DNA of 64,000 bases, from the NCBI GenBank assembly GCA_038322745.1, contig JBBQGF010000001.1:19258-83257 (forward strand). The letters are read 5' to 3'. How positions within the stretch are numbered: the stretch's first letter is position 1; every line of letters begins with the position of its first letter. Origin of the DNA: Minisyncoccia bacterium. Lineage in GTDB: Bacteria > Patescibacteriota > Minisyncoccia > Phycocordibacterales > UBA9973. The translations under genes were made by a program, and so were the position numbers. This document shows positions 1 through 9,664 of this stretch, in pieces. The notes beneath the pieces were generated by a model, which saw only the letters and a list, made by a program, of their open reading frames with translations, did no database searches and was not told the origin of the DNA.

Positions 1-410
1 ATTTTTTCAAGATTATCTGAGATTGTATTTATATTCCTTGTAATATATCCATTGATGGTGTTTATTTTATTTATTTTTAAATTATCACCACTCAATCTAA
101 GTATTTCTATTTGTTCTTCTAAAGAATTATTATTTTTAATCAAAAGTTCAACTTCCTTATATATTAACTCTATTGTTTCTTTATTAACCTCAAATTCCAT
201 ATACCAACTTTCTTTTTTAATTTTACGCATTTTATCCTCATCTATTTTATCTAAATAGTTTTCAATAACTTTTTGATTAAGTGATGGTAGTATTTCTTCA
301 ACATCAAAATTATCTTTACCAATTTTATCTCCAAGTATATTTATTTTTTGTTCAATCTTATTGATTTCATTTTTTGTTGTGCCTTGTACCCAAAATCCTT
401 CATTTTTCAT
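1..410 (-). CDS. hypothetical protein, partial (runs off the left edge)
   Basis: ATG at 410, 4 nt downstream of the pfkB stop; open frame MKNEGFWVQGTTKNEINKIEQK... to the window edge; not in the ORF track. Confidence 0.7.
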   Translation of the reverse strand, partial: MKNEGFWVQGTTKNEINKIEQKINILGDKIGKDNFDVEEILPSLNQKVIENYLDKIDEDKMRKIKKESWYMEFEVNKETIELIYKEVELLIKNNNSLEEQIEILRLSGDNLKINKINTINGYITRNINTISDNLEK

Positions 411-414
411 AAAA

Positions 415-1407
415 TTAATTAATTTTACTTACCTTGTAATCTGTTGGTGCATTTATTAAATAATCTTCTAATTGCTCTCTTGAGAGTAATCCTTTTTGTG
501 CCCCAACATAGGAAATAACTGACATAGCATTTATTGGTCCCCATAATAATGCTTCTTTTAAATTTTTATCTAGGAGTAATGCAGATATAGTTGCTGCTGC
601 AAAAGAATCTCCAGCACCTGTTGATTCTACTGAATTTATTGCATAAATAGGTACGAATAAAATATCAACTCCATCATCAGCAAATGCGCCATTTAAACCA
701 TCGGTCATTATTACTATTTTAGGACCAAGTAACCTTAATTCTTTCAAAAGTATAATCTTGTCTTTTTCATTTGTTTCAAGAATTTTTTGGGCTTCAATTA
801 AATTACAAAAAAGAATTTCTGTTCTTTTATATATATCTTTTAATGATTCTCTACCTAATCGAATTTGGAAAGTCCCTGGTTGGAAAGCAAGTTTAGTCTC
901 TGGATATTTAACAAGATATTCAAATATTTCTTTATGATAATCTTCTGAATTTGAAGCCAATGAGGATAAATACACCCATTTAGCTGGTGGTATTTCTTTG
1001 TCAAATGAATATGGGAATTCAGTATGTTTTACAAGTATTGTTCTCTCTGATTGATACCATAAGACATAATGATAATTAGATTCCATACCATTTACTATTT
1101 TCATATAATCAACATTTACCCCATCTTTCATTAAGGACTCAATATTTTGTTTTCCAATAGAGTCATCACCAACATATGAATGAAGATAGGAATTTATTCC
1201 GAGTTTTTGTGTTCCAACTGCTACATTTGGACTATTTCCAACTGCATAGCATATCTCTGCAGACTCATAAGGTATTTTTTCACCAAATCTAAAACATATT
1301 TTACAATGTTCACCATTAATATCACAATTTGCTTCTGCATCAGTTATTCTAATAAATGGTTCAGCAACTATGTCACCAATAGCCAAAAAATCAATTTGTT
1401 TTTCCAT
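415..1407 (-). CDS. PfkB/ribokinase-family carbohydrate kinase
   Basis: N-terminal GNSPNVA and VGDDSIG motifs; C-terminal ESTGAGDSF anion-hole signature; divergent from fba. Confidence 0.9.
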   Translation of the reverse strand: MEKQIDFLAIGDIVAEPFIRITDAEANCDINGEHCKICFRFGEKIPYESAEICYAVGNSPNVAVGTQKLGINSYLHSYVGDDSIGKQNIESLMKDGVNVDYMKIVNGMESNYHYVLWYQSERTILVKHTEFPYSFDKEIPPAKWVYLSSLASNSEDYHKEIFEYLVKYPETKLAFQPGTFQIRLGRESLKDIYKRTEILFCNLIEAQKILETNEKDKIILLKELRLLGPKIVIMTDGLNGAFADDGVDILFVPIYAINSVESTGAGDSFAAATISALLLDKNLKEALLWGPINAMSVISYVGAQKGLLSREQLEDYLINAPTDYKVSKIN

Positions 1408-1443
1408 CTTTTCATTATATCACAGCATGGTATAATGAAAAGT

Positions 1444-1556
1444 ATGAATCCCGATAGAAATTTTATCGGAGATGAAGGAAAAACATAGGTTATATTTATA
1501 TAAATAAAGTCGTATATAAATAATAGATTATTATAAAAATTTCACACGGGATGAAA
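1444..1556. mobile_element. MITE-like element inserted at the fba start codon
   Basis: CCCGATAGAAATTTT...AAAATTTCACACGGG imperfect terminal inverted repeats (1450-1550) flanked by ATGAAT/ATGAAA; similar element at 24867-24994. Confidence 0.6.
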
Positions 1557-2420
1557 AAATTAAGAGAATATATCAAAGAGGCAAGTGAGAATGGAATTGC
1601 TATTGGTCATTTTAATATTTCAAACATAGAAGCTTTGCATGGAATTTATAATGCGGCAAAGAAATTAAATGTACCAGTAATTATTGGAGTATCAGAGGGT
1701 GAAGAAGAATTTATTGGCAGAGATGAAGTAGCTTCCCTTGTGAATATGATACGAGAGAGAGATAATTATCCAATATTTTTAAACGCAGATCATCATTATA
1801 GTTTTGAAAGTGTAAAAAATGCTATTGATGTAGGATATGATGCTGCTATTATTGATGCTGTTAAATTACCTCAAAATGAAAATGTAGCTTTAACTAAAAA
1901 ATGTGTTGATTACGCTAGAGAATTATCAGCAATTGAAAATAGAGATATTTTAATAGAGGCAGAACTTGGTTTTATAGGCTCATCTTCTAAATTACTCGAA
2001 GTAATTCCAGAAGGTGTTAGCGATGCTACAATGACAAAACCTGAAGATGCAAAAGCCTTTGTAGATGCCACAGGAGTAGATTTACTTGCACCATCAGTAG
2101 GTAATGTTCATGGAATGATAAAAGGCGGAAATCCAAAACTTGATATACAAAGAATTAATGATATTAAGATAGCTTGTGGTGTGCCACTCGTTCTTCATGG
2201 CGGATCTGGAATATCAGATGAAGATTTCAAAGCTGCAATTACTGCGGGGATATCGGTTGTTCATATAAATACAGAAATTCGTGTAGCATACAAAGAAGCA
2301 TTAGAAAAATATCTCAAAGAAAATCCAAATGAAGTAGCCCCATACAAAATCCTCACACCTGCAGTAGAAGCTATAGAGAAAGTAGTTGAGGCAAGACTTA
2401 GATTATTTAGTAATTTATAA
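1551..2420 (+). CDS. fba: class II fructose-bisphosphate aldolase
   Basis: ADHH, EAELG, GNVHG, LVLHGGSG and INTE motifs. Confidence 0.93.
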   Translation: MKKLREYIKEASENGIAIGHFNISNIEALHGIYNAAKKLNVPVIIGVSEGEEEFIGRDEVASLVNMIRERDNYPIFLNADHHYSFESVKNAIDVGYDAAIIDAVKLPQNENVALTKKCVDYARELSAIENRDILIEAELGFIGSSSKLLEVIPEGVSDATMTKPEDAKAFVDATGVDLLAPSVGNVHGMIKGGNPKLDIQRINDIKIACGVPLVLHGGSGISDEDFKAAITAGISVVHINTEIRVAYKEALEKYLKENPNEVAPYKILTPAVEAIEKVVEARLRLFSNL

Positions 2421-2541
2421 TATATTAATAAATAATACTCATCATATATTTGATGGGTATTATTTTTTAATTTGACTATTTAATGTTTATTATGCTAGAT
2501 TTTAAGAAATAAGTTCTCTAAAATAAACCTAATACAACGAG

Positions 2542-3228
2542 ATGAAAAAGATAGTTTTTTCCTTTTTTTTGATGTTGAGTACAATTATTACGGTATTCGC
2601 ACAAACTAATACAGTTCATTCAAAAACTGTAATATCTTCCGATACATCCAAAATTTGGATAATAAAAATAACAGAAAAATACTCCACAATTCTTAGTAAT
2701 AAAAAAAGAATCGATAATTATTGTACTATTTATGATACTACTCAAATTATATTTGTTTCTAGGGGTGCTAAGAGATATATAAGTGATTCAATTATAAAAG
2801 TATTATTTAATAGTAGTACCCATATAATACAACTTATAGATTCTTTAGTTCCTAGATGGACACATATTTTAGGAAAAGATAAATATGTAGAAAGAAAATT
2901 AGAAATAGTTGATGATAAAATATTTTTTTATATCTCTAGAAGTATCTACAAACAAGGAGACAGTATTAAAAATATTTATGTCTATATGAAAATTTCTATA
3001 ATTGTTTCCATACTTTTTATATTTTTTTCTTTTATATTAAAAGATACAATAAGATATGCAAGATATGCAATTGGAATATTATTTATTTACCTTTTTATTG
3101 TATTAATTAGTCCGCTTAAGGATACATTTACAATTTTTGATATAATCTTTTTATGCTTCATTGTATTTTTTCCTTCATTTTTAATTACTTTATTATTCAA
3201 ATCAAAGATAAAGGTTAAAAAAGAATAA
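2542..3228 (+). CDS. hypothetical membrane protein (signal peptide, 3 C-terminal TM helices)
   Basis: ORF with its own TTGACT promoter and a downstream terminator; hydrophobicity pattern. Confidence 0.7.
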   Translation: MKKIVFSFFLMLSTIITVFAQTNTVHSKTVISSDTSKIWIIKITEKYSTILSNKKRIDNYCTIYDTTQIIFVSRGAKRYISDSIIKVLFNSSTHIIQLIDSLVPRWTHILGKDKYVERKLEIVDDKIFFYISRSIYKQGDSIKNIYVYMKISIIVSILFIFFSFILKDTIRYARYAIGILFIYLFIVLISPLKDTFTIFDIIFLCFIVFFPSFLITLLFKSKIKVKKE

Positions 3229-3254
3229 TACTAAATATACTATATATTATTGAG

Positions 3255-3284
3255 ACACCTGACCATTAACTCAGGTGTTTTTTA
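3255..3284 (+). terminator. rho-independent terminator
   Basis: ACACCTGA...TCAGGTGT stem followed by a T tract. Confidence 0.7.
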
Positions 3285-3321
3285 TTTGCATATTTGATAA
3301 ATTAGTGTTACTATCAAACCC

Positions 3322-3981
3322 ATGAATATATTAACCGCAACAAAGCGAAGTAAGGCAGAAAAGCTAGAATCTATACGATCTAACGGTATGATTCCTGCTG
3401 TTGTCTATGGCGCTCGCGTGGAAAACACTATGATTTCCGTTTCGAGCTCCTTGTTTACTAAAGTTTTTAAAATAGCAGGAGAAACAAGTACTATTGTACT
3501 TGAAATTGCTGGTGCAACCGAAAAGGAAAAACCAATAAAAGTTGATGCATTAATTCATGTAGTACAAGTTCATCCAGTTAATGGATTTCCAATCCATGTT
3601 GATTTCTTGGCTGTTGATATGAATAAAGTAGTTGAAGTTAAAATACCAATAACATTCGTTGGTACAGCAAAAGCTGAAAAGGATGGATTTGGAACATTAG
3701 TAAAAGTGTTACATGAAATAGAAATAGAGGCACTTCCAAAAGATTTACCACATACTATTGAAGTAGATGTATCTTTCATTTCAACATTAGAAGATTTTAT
3801 TCATGCTAAAGATATAAAACTCCCAAAAGGTGTTATACTTTTAACTGAAGGAAGTGAAATTATAGCTCTAGTTGCTGCTGCTAAAGAAGAAAAAGAAGAA
3901 GTTGTAGCTGATTTATCAACTATTGAAGTAGAAAAGAAGGGTAAGAAAGAAGAAGAGGAAGAAGTACCCGCTGTAAAATAA
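3322..3981 (+). CDS. rplY: 50S ribosomal protein L25/Ctc
   Basis: IPAVVYG, QVHPV..PIHVDF and LPKDLPHTIEVDVS; long Ctc form with acidic tail. Confidence 0.95.
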   Translation: MNILTATKRSKAEKLESIRSNGMIPAVVYGARVENTMISVSSSLFTKVFKIAGETSTIVLEIAGATEKEKPIKVDALIHVVQVHPVNGFPIHVDFLAVDMNKVVEVKIPITFVGTAKAEKDGFGTLVKVLHEIEIEALPKDLPHTIEVDVSFISTLEDFIHAKDIKLPKGVILLTEGSEIIALVAAAKEEKEEVVADLSTIEVEKKGKKEEEEEVPAVK

Positions 3982-4039
3982 AATTATTATCTATAAAAAA
4001 CACTTAGACTTATCCTCTGAGTGTTTTTTATGCTATACT

Positions 4040-5422
4040 ATGTATATGAATCGATACATTCTATACTTTTTTTCTTTTATATTTGCTGTAACAACTATTT
4101 TTGGAAATTATATTTATCAAATACCTAAAGTTGATGCTAGTCAGGAACTAGAATTAGTTCAGGCTGATAGAGCACGCCTTGAGAAAGATTTGGCAAATCT
4201 GGAAAAAGAAATAGCTCAAAAACAAAAAGAGCTTTCATCTCAAAAAGGTCAATCTGTATCACTTTCTCGTGATATCTCTATTCTTACAACTCAAATCAAA
4301 AAATCTAAATTAGATATCCAATCTAAGAACCTAGTAATAAAGAAATTGGGGGGTGAAATAATAGAAAAAAGTAAAGAAATAAACGTCTTAAACTCAAAAA
4401 TAGATAATATTAAGGAGTCTCTTTCACAACTTATTCGTAAAGATAGAGAGATAGATCAGAAATCAATTTTGGCTCTTATTTTATCAAAAAATACAATTTC
4501 AGAGGCTTATGGTGATATAGATGCATTCACATCTCTAAAAAAAGGAATACAAAAATCAGTTGATGAAATACGAGGAGTAAAAAGTGAAACAGAAACTGAA
4601 AAAACTGTTTTAGAACAAAAAAAGAATAAAGAAATAGATACAAGAGTACAACTAGAAACTGCAAAGAAGCAAGTAGAAGTAAATGAAAAAGATAAACAAC
4701 AACTATTATCAATAAGTAAAAATAAAGAAACTGAATATCAAAAACTTTTAGATGAGAAAGCAAGAAAACGTTCTGAAATACTTGCAATGTTGTTTAATTT
4801 ACGAGACGTATCAGCAATTCCTTTTGAGAAAGCCTTAGAATATGCTAAAATTGCTGAAGAAAAAACTGGAATTAGACCTGCATTTCTTCTAGCAATTTTA
4901 ACTCAAGAAAGTAATTTAGGTACAGACCAGGGTTCTTGTTATGTTACAAATATGGAGACAGGTTCTGGTATTAGTTCAAAAAGTGGTAAAGCATTTCTTA
5001 ATGTAATGAAGCCTACTCGTGATGTAAAACCATTTTTTGAAATTACAACCAATGTAGGAAGAGACCCTTACAAAACATTAGTTTCTTGTCCTATTGGAGG
5101 TTCAGGCTATGGTGGAGCTATGGGTCCTGCTCAATTTATTCCTTCTACTTGGCAATTACTAAAAACTCGTATTGCTAAAATGCTAGGTATAAGTAATCCA
5201 GACCCTTGGTATGCTAGAGATGCATTTATGGCATCTGCTTTATACTTAACTGATTTAGGAGCAAGTGGAGGAAGTTATACTGGAGAACGTAATTCAGCTT
5301 GTAAATACTATTCTGGAAGAAAATGTGATAATAAAAAGCCAAATAATAGCTTTTATGGTGATTCTGTTATGAAAAAAGCAACAAGTATACAAGAAAAATA
5401 TATAGACCCATTGCAAAACTAA
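4040..5422 (+). CDS. secreted coiled-coil protein with MltB-like (SLT_2) lytic transglycosylase domain
   Basis: signal peptide, long coiled coil, ILTQESNLG catalytic Glu and GAMGPAQFIPSTW motif. Confidence 0.85.
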   Translation: MYMNRYILYFFSFIFAVTTIFGNYIYQIPKVDASQELELVQADRARLEKDLANLEKEIAQKQKELSSQKGQSVSLSRDISILTTQIKKSKLDIQSKNLVIKKLGGEIIEKSKEINVLNSKIDNIKESLSQLIRKDREIDQKSILALILSKNTISEAYGDIDAFTSLKKGIQKSVDEIRGVKSETETEKTVLEQKKNKEIDTRVQLETAKKQVEVNEKDKQQLLSISKNKETEYQKLLDEKARKRSEILAMLFNLRDVSAIPFEKALEYAKIAEEKTGIRPAFLLAILTQESNLGTDQGSCYVTNMETGSGISSKSGKAFLNVMKPTRDVKPFFEITTNVGRDPYKTLVSCPIGGSGYGGAMGPAQFIPSTWQLLKTRIAKMLGISNPDPWYARDAFMASALYLTDLGASGGSYTGERNSACKYYSGRKCDNKKPNNSFYGDSVMKKATSIQEKYIDPLQN

Positions 5423-5447
5423 TATTATCGTGATATTATAACTCAAT

Positions 5448-5666
5448 ATGAAAAAAGGCATACATCCAAAATATAATGATAAAGCAGCAGTTACATGTGC
5501 ATGTGGAGCAACTTTTCCAGTAGGTTCATCAATGGATAAAATAGATGTTGAAATATGTAGTCAATGTCATCCATTTTATACAGGAAATGAGAAAGTTCTA
5601 GACACAGCTGGACGTGTAGATCGTTTTAAAAAGCGTGCAGCAGCATCTGGTAAAACAAAGAAATAA
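5448..5666 (+). CDS. rpmE: 50S ribosomal protein L31 (Zn-binding C+ form)
   Basis: MKKGIHPKY, CACG, CSQCHPFYTG, GRVDRF. Confidence 0.97.
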   Translation: MKKGIHPKYNDKAAVTCACGATFPVGSSMDKIDVEICSQCHPFYTGNEKVLDTAGRVDRFKKRAAASGKTKK

Positions 5667-5730
5667 ATTTTAAAAAATATAAAAAGCTCTATTTTAGAGC
5701 TTTTTATATTTTTTGTTATATAATATAAAT

Positions 5731-6705
5731 ATGGCATTAGATTTAGAACAATTAAAAAAGGATCATAAGACAAGTTATTTTGCTCTAGAATATGAGCGTT
5801 TATTAAATGAGGAAGAAAAAGTAAATGAAATGGTCTCCTCCGATGAGAGTCTTCGTGAACTCGCAGAAGAAGAAATTCAGAATATAAAATTTCAGAAAGA
5901 TGCAATTGAAAGACAATTAGAAGAAATTAAAAAAAGTGAAAAAGAAGATGAAGAATTTCCCAATGAAATAGTATTAGAAGTTCGTGCAGGAGCAGGAGGA
6001 GACGAAGCATCACTATTTGCATGGGAAATTGCTCATATGTATGAAAGATTTGCTGAAAATAATAATTGGAGTTGGAAAATATTAAATGAATCTCTAAGTA
6101 GTGCTAGTGGTTATAAAGAAGCTTCATTTGAAATAAAAGGGAAGGATGTTTATAAATTATTAAGATATGAAACTGGAGTTCATAGAGTTCAACGTATTCC
6201 TTCAACAGAAAAAAATGGCAGAATACATACATCTACTGCTTCAGTTGCAGTATTACCTTTAAAGAAGAAGACAACTATTATTATCAACCCAGCTGATTTA
6301 GAAATTGAATATTCACGTTCAGGTGGTGCTGGTGGGCAAAATGTCAACAAAGTTGAAACAGCAGTACGACTAATACATAAACCAACAGGTGAAGATGTCA
6401 GATGTACTACAGAAAGAACCCAGCTAGGGAACAGAGAGAAAGCAATGATGATGCTTACTTCAAAACTTCAGATGATAAAAGATGCAGAAGAAGCTAAAAA
6501 ATATGCTGGAGATCGTAAATCCCAAATTGGTACAAATGATAGAAGTGAAAAAATACGTACATATAATTTTCCTCAAGATAGAGTCACAGATCATCGAATC
6601 AAACAATCATGGTCAAACATTCCAGGTATTATGGAGGGTAATATAAATAAAATAATAGAAGCACTATCAAGTGGAATAGTAGGAGAATCCGAAGATGATG
6701 AGTAA
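5731..6705 (+). CDS. prfA: peptide chain release factor 1
   Basis: GGQ motif, PST anticodon-mimic loop (PxT type), [15 protein letters not shown]; start moved to ATG 5731 just after a TATAAT. Confidence 0.95.
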   Translation: MALDLEQLKKDHKTSYFALEYERLLNEEEKVNEMVSSDESLRELAEEEIQNIKFQKDAIERQLEEIKKSEKEDEEFPNEIVLEVRAGAGGDEASLFAWEIAHMYERFAENNNWSWKILNESLSSASGYKEASFEIKGKDVYKLLRYETGVHRVQRIPSTEKNGRIHTSTASVAVLPLKKKTTIIINPADLEIEYSRSGGAGGQNVNKVETAVRLIHKPTGEDVRCTTERTQLGNREKAMMMLTSKLQMIKDAEEAKKYAGDRKSQIGTNDRSEKIRTYNFPQDRVTDHRIKQSWSNIPGIMEGNINKIIEALSSGIVGESEDDE

Positions 6706-6892
6706 TTGCATTATCTTTACTCTTCTGTTATAATTTTTTCTAGTAGTTTGATATGTCTTGGTATTTGTTTCATTCTTCGTGTGAAAACATTGAGGTGTGT
6801 AAATGAAAATCGGAGTAGCGATTACATTTATAAATTAGTTTTCTTCAAGTAGTTGATATGAAAGTATTACTACAAGAAGCACATTGTCATAT

Positions 6893-7183
6893 ATGGCAAA
6901 AAAGTTGTATGTAGGTGGTCTTCCTTATAAGACTTCCAATGATGAGCTTAAAGCTCATTTCAGTGCTGCAGGAGCTGTCGCTTCAGCAACCATTATTATG
7001 GATAAGATGACAGGTCGCTCAAAAGGTTTCGGTTTCGTAGAAATGGAAAACGATGCCGATGCAGCTACAGCTATCTCAATGTTTGACGGTAAAGATTACG
7101 ATGGTCGCAATCTTACAGTTAACGAAGCTCGTCCTATGGAAGAACGTCCACAAGGTGGTGGAGGTTTCCGTGCAAATAGATAA
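6893..7183 (+). CDS. RRM (RNP-1) RNA-binding protein
   Basis: RNP2 LYVGGL and RNP1 KGFGFVEM; Gly-rich tail; ATG at 6893. Confidence 0.95.
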   Translation: MAKKLYVGGLPYKTSNDELKAHFSAAGAVASATIIMDKMTGRSKGFGFVEMENDADAATAISMFDGKDYDGRNLTVNEARPMEERPQGGGGFRANR

Positions 7184-7198
7184 TTAATTATCTTGATA

Positions 7199-7236
7199 AA
7201 AATCCCCAGCTCGAAAGAGAAGGGGATTTTTGTTTG
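7199..7236 (+). terminator. rho-independent terminator
   Basis: AAAATCCCC...GGGGATTTT stem followed by a T-rich tract. Confidence 0.7.
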
Positions 7237-7338
7237 CAAAATATAGTTTTTTTTGCTATAATTTTCTCGTTCTTTATACAAAACATATAAGAAATGGATT
7301 ACTAGAATGCAGTCCATAAGATATAAGGATATTATATT

Positions 7339-7410
7339 GCGTGTGTAGTTCAGTGGTAGAACGCTGTCCTGATAAGACAGAGGTCGAAGGTCCGATTCCT
7401 TCCACACGCA
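7339..7410 (+). tRNA. tRNA-Ile(GAT), CCA not encoded, atypical T-loop TCCGATT
   Basis: cloverleaf: GCGTGTG/CACACGC acceptor, GTTC/GAAC D stem, CTGTC-CTGATAA-GACAG anticodon arm, GAAGG/CCTTC T stem. Confidence 0.95.
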
Positions 7411-7412
7411 CA

Positions 7413-7558
7413 GCGGGTGAATAAGCCAATTATTTGGCTTATGTGAAGGAATCGGAAACCTTGAATATATTTTTTTAATTTAATAATTATAAAAAATATG
7501 AAAGGTGTACAGGTCCCGTAAGACCGATAAATGTACTCATGGTCCTTCCACACGCACA
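7413..7558. other. tRNA-linked structured element, copy 1 (split antisense of tRNA 3' end, conserved motif, direct repeat of tRNA 3' end)
   Basis: GCGGGTG-A-9bp hairpin-GT-GAAGGAATCGGA; CGATAAATGTACTCATGG at 7525-7542; TCCTTCCACACGCACA at 7543-7558 is identical to 7397-7412. Confidence 0.8.
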
Positions 7559-7580
7559 AAGGCTTTTAGGCCTTTTATTT

Positions 7581-7841
7581 ATGGAAAATAATGAAAAAAT
7601 AATAATTGAACCCTGGTGGAAAGAAGGAGTTATTATTTTTATTAGAGTTTCTGCTTATATTGCAGTTCCTGTTATTCTTGGATTATATATAGGTAGATAT
7701 TTAGATAAAAAATATAATACTGAACCATATTTGCTTATTCTCTCAATTTTTATAGCTTTTATTTCTACAATGTATTTAATTTGGAAGGAAATGAAAAAAT
7801 ATCAGAATAAAATTGAAAAAGAAGAAAATATAAAAAAATAA
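7581..7841 (+). CDS. atpI: AtpZ/AtpI-type ATP synthase accessory protein (gene 1)
   Basis: GLYIGRYLDKKYNTEP pattern with two TM helices; first gene of the atp operon; start moved to ATG 7581. Confidence 0.8.
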   Translation: MENNEKIIIEPWWKEGVIIFIRVSAYIAVPVILGLYIGRYLDKKYNTEPYLLILSIFIAFISTMYLIWKEMKKYQNKIEKEENIKK

Positions 7842-7844
7842 CTT

Positions 7845-8798
7845 ATGACATCAACAGAAGATAATGTACAATTAAATACAATTAACGAACAACATTCTAT
7901 TTCTATAGATTTAAAAGAAGTTGAGATAAAACCTATTTCAAATGAAATATTACATGAATCAACATTATTTGCTGAACCAATTTATCATATTGGATCATTT
8001 ACTATAACAAATGCATTATTTACAAGTTGGATTGTAGTAATTTTTCTTATAATTATTTCTATTATTATTCGTTTAAAACTCTCAAAAATACCAAAAGGAA
8101 TTCAAAATTTATTTGAATATATAATCGAAGGGGCAGAATCACTTTGTGACCAAGTCACAAATGATAGAAAGATAACAAATAAAGTATTCCCAATAGTTTT
8201 TACTATTTTTTTAGTAGTTCTTTTTAATAATTGGATTGGTATTCTTCCACTTGGAGGATTTGGTCTAGTTGAAATGGGAGAGCATGGAAAAATGTTTATT
8301 CCATTTATTCGTTCTGGAACTGCAGATATTAATGGGACTTTACCACTTGCAATTATGTCAGTTATCGGTGCAAACCTATTTGGAATACTCTCAATTGGTC
8401 TATGGAAATCTATCAATAAATATGTTAATCTAAAGGCGCTTGGTAGTATTATAACTTCCATTCGCAAAGACCCAATGGTTCTAATGACAGCTCCTATTAT
8501 GTTTGCTGTTGGATTCCTTGAACTGATAGGTGAATTTGCAAAAGTTGCCTCACTTTCATTTCGTCTATTTGGAAACGTATTTGCAGGAGAGGTACTATTA
8601 GCATCAATGGGTGCGATTATAGCATATGTACTACCGACTCCCTTTATGTTCTTAGAAATCATAGTAGGAGTAATACAAGCTTTTATTTTTGCAATCTTGA
8701 CCTTGGTTTATTATACAATAGCAAGCCAAGATCATGATGAAGAGCATGATGAAAAACATCATGCTGAGAATGAAAATGTAGTAGTCGGTGCACATTAA
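7845..8798 (+). CDS. atpB: F0 ATP synthase subunit a
   Basis: SLSFRLFGNVFAGE and QAFIFAILT motifs; His/acidic C-terminal tail. Confidence 0.96.
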   Translation: MTSTEDNVQLNTINEQHSISIDLKEVEIKPISNEILHESTLFAEPIYHIGSFTITNALFTSWIVVIFLIIISIIIRLKLSKIPKGIQNLFEYIIEGAESLCDQVTNDRKITNKVFPIVFTIFLVVLFNNWIGILPLGGFGLVEMGEHGKMFIPFIRSGTADINGTLPLAIMSVIGANLFGILSIGLWKSINKYVNLKALGSIITSIRKDPMVLMTAPIMFAVGFLELIGEFAKVASLSFRLFGNVFAGEVLLASMGAIIAYVLPTPFMFLEIIVGVIQAFIFAILTLVYYTIASQDHDEEHDEKHHAENENVVVGAH

Positions 8799-9056
<258 letters not shown>

Positions 9057-9066
9057 TTTTTGCTAT

Positions 9067-9107
9067 TTACATCTAGTCAGTTGTTCTATCCAAATGACTA
9101 GGAGTAA
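9067..9107 (+). promoter_or_regulatory. atpE-atpF intergenic hairpin (possible mRNA stabiliser)
   Basis: CTAGTCA (9073-9079) / TGACTAG (9095-9101) stem with outer TTAC/GTAA pairing. Confidence 0.4.
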
Positions 9108-9168
9108 GGAGCCAAGGCTTCTGTATTATATTTTTTAATTCGTAATTATCAATTCATAATTATTTTAT

Positions 9169-9660
9169 ATGGACTCATTTATAACTACATTTCACATAGA
9201 CTGGAAAATCATAATAGCTCAAACAATAAATTTTGTTATTGTTTTTTCTGTTTTATATTTCTTCGCACTTAAACCATTAAAGAAATTAATGTCCGAAAGA
9301 ACTGAGAGAATAGAAAAAGGATTAGATGATGCTAAAACTAATAATATTCTGCTTAGTCAAACAAAAAAAGAATATGATGAAATATTAATAAAAGCAAAAT
9401 CAGAAGCTCATGAAATATTTCAAGAGGGGAAACGAGAAGCAGAAATTAAAAAAGTAGAAATGATTGAAAATGCAAGTAAAGAAGTAGAGATTTTAATTTC
9501 TAACGGAAAAAAATTACTTGAAGCAGAAAAAATTAAAATGGTGGATGAAGCTAAAAAAGAAATAGTATCTCTGGTTGTAAAAGCAACAGAAAAGTTATTA
9601 GATGGTGAAGAAAATACTAAGTATAACGAAAAAGCATTAAATCAGATAAAGAAAATATAA
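9169..9660 (+). CDS. atpF: F0 ATP synthase subunit b
   Basis: N-terminal TM (QTINF...KPL..ER...I) followed by a coiled coil; operon position. Confidence 0.93.
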   Translation: MDSFITTFHIDWKIIIAQTINFVIVFSVLYFFALKPLKKLMSERTERIEKGLDDAKTNNILLSQTKKEYDEILIKAKSEAHEIFQEGKREAEIKKVEMIENASKEVEILISNGKKLLEAEKIKMVDEAKKEIVSLVVKATEKLLDGEENTKYNEKALNQIKKI

Positions 9661-9664
9661 TATT

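Noticed and set aside
1180-1488. 102-aa plus-strand ORF
   Set aside because: Mostly antisense to pfkB; only its last 14 codons correspond to the MITE-derived uORF.
7413-7558. Reading the tRNA 3' repeats as att sites of a prophage or genomic island
   Set aside because: The repeats are only about 150-210 bp apart with no integrase or cargo between them. Reported as a distinct small element instead.
7096-7559. Minus-strand ORFs 7096-7407 and 7350-7559
   Set aside because: They are antisense shadows of tRNA-Ile, the RRM gene and the element, with no protein-like features.
7539-7580. ORF-track N-terminal extension of atpI (MVLPHAQR...)
   Set aside because: That ATG lies within the conserved motif of the tRNA-linked element; ATG 7581 gives a normal-sized protein.
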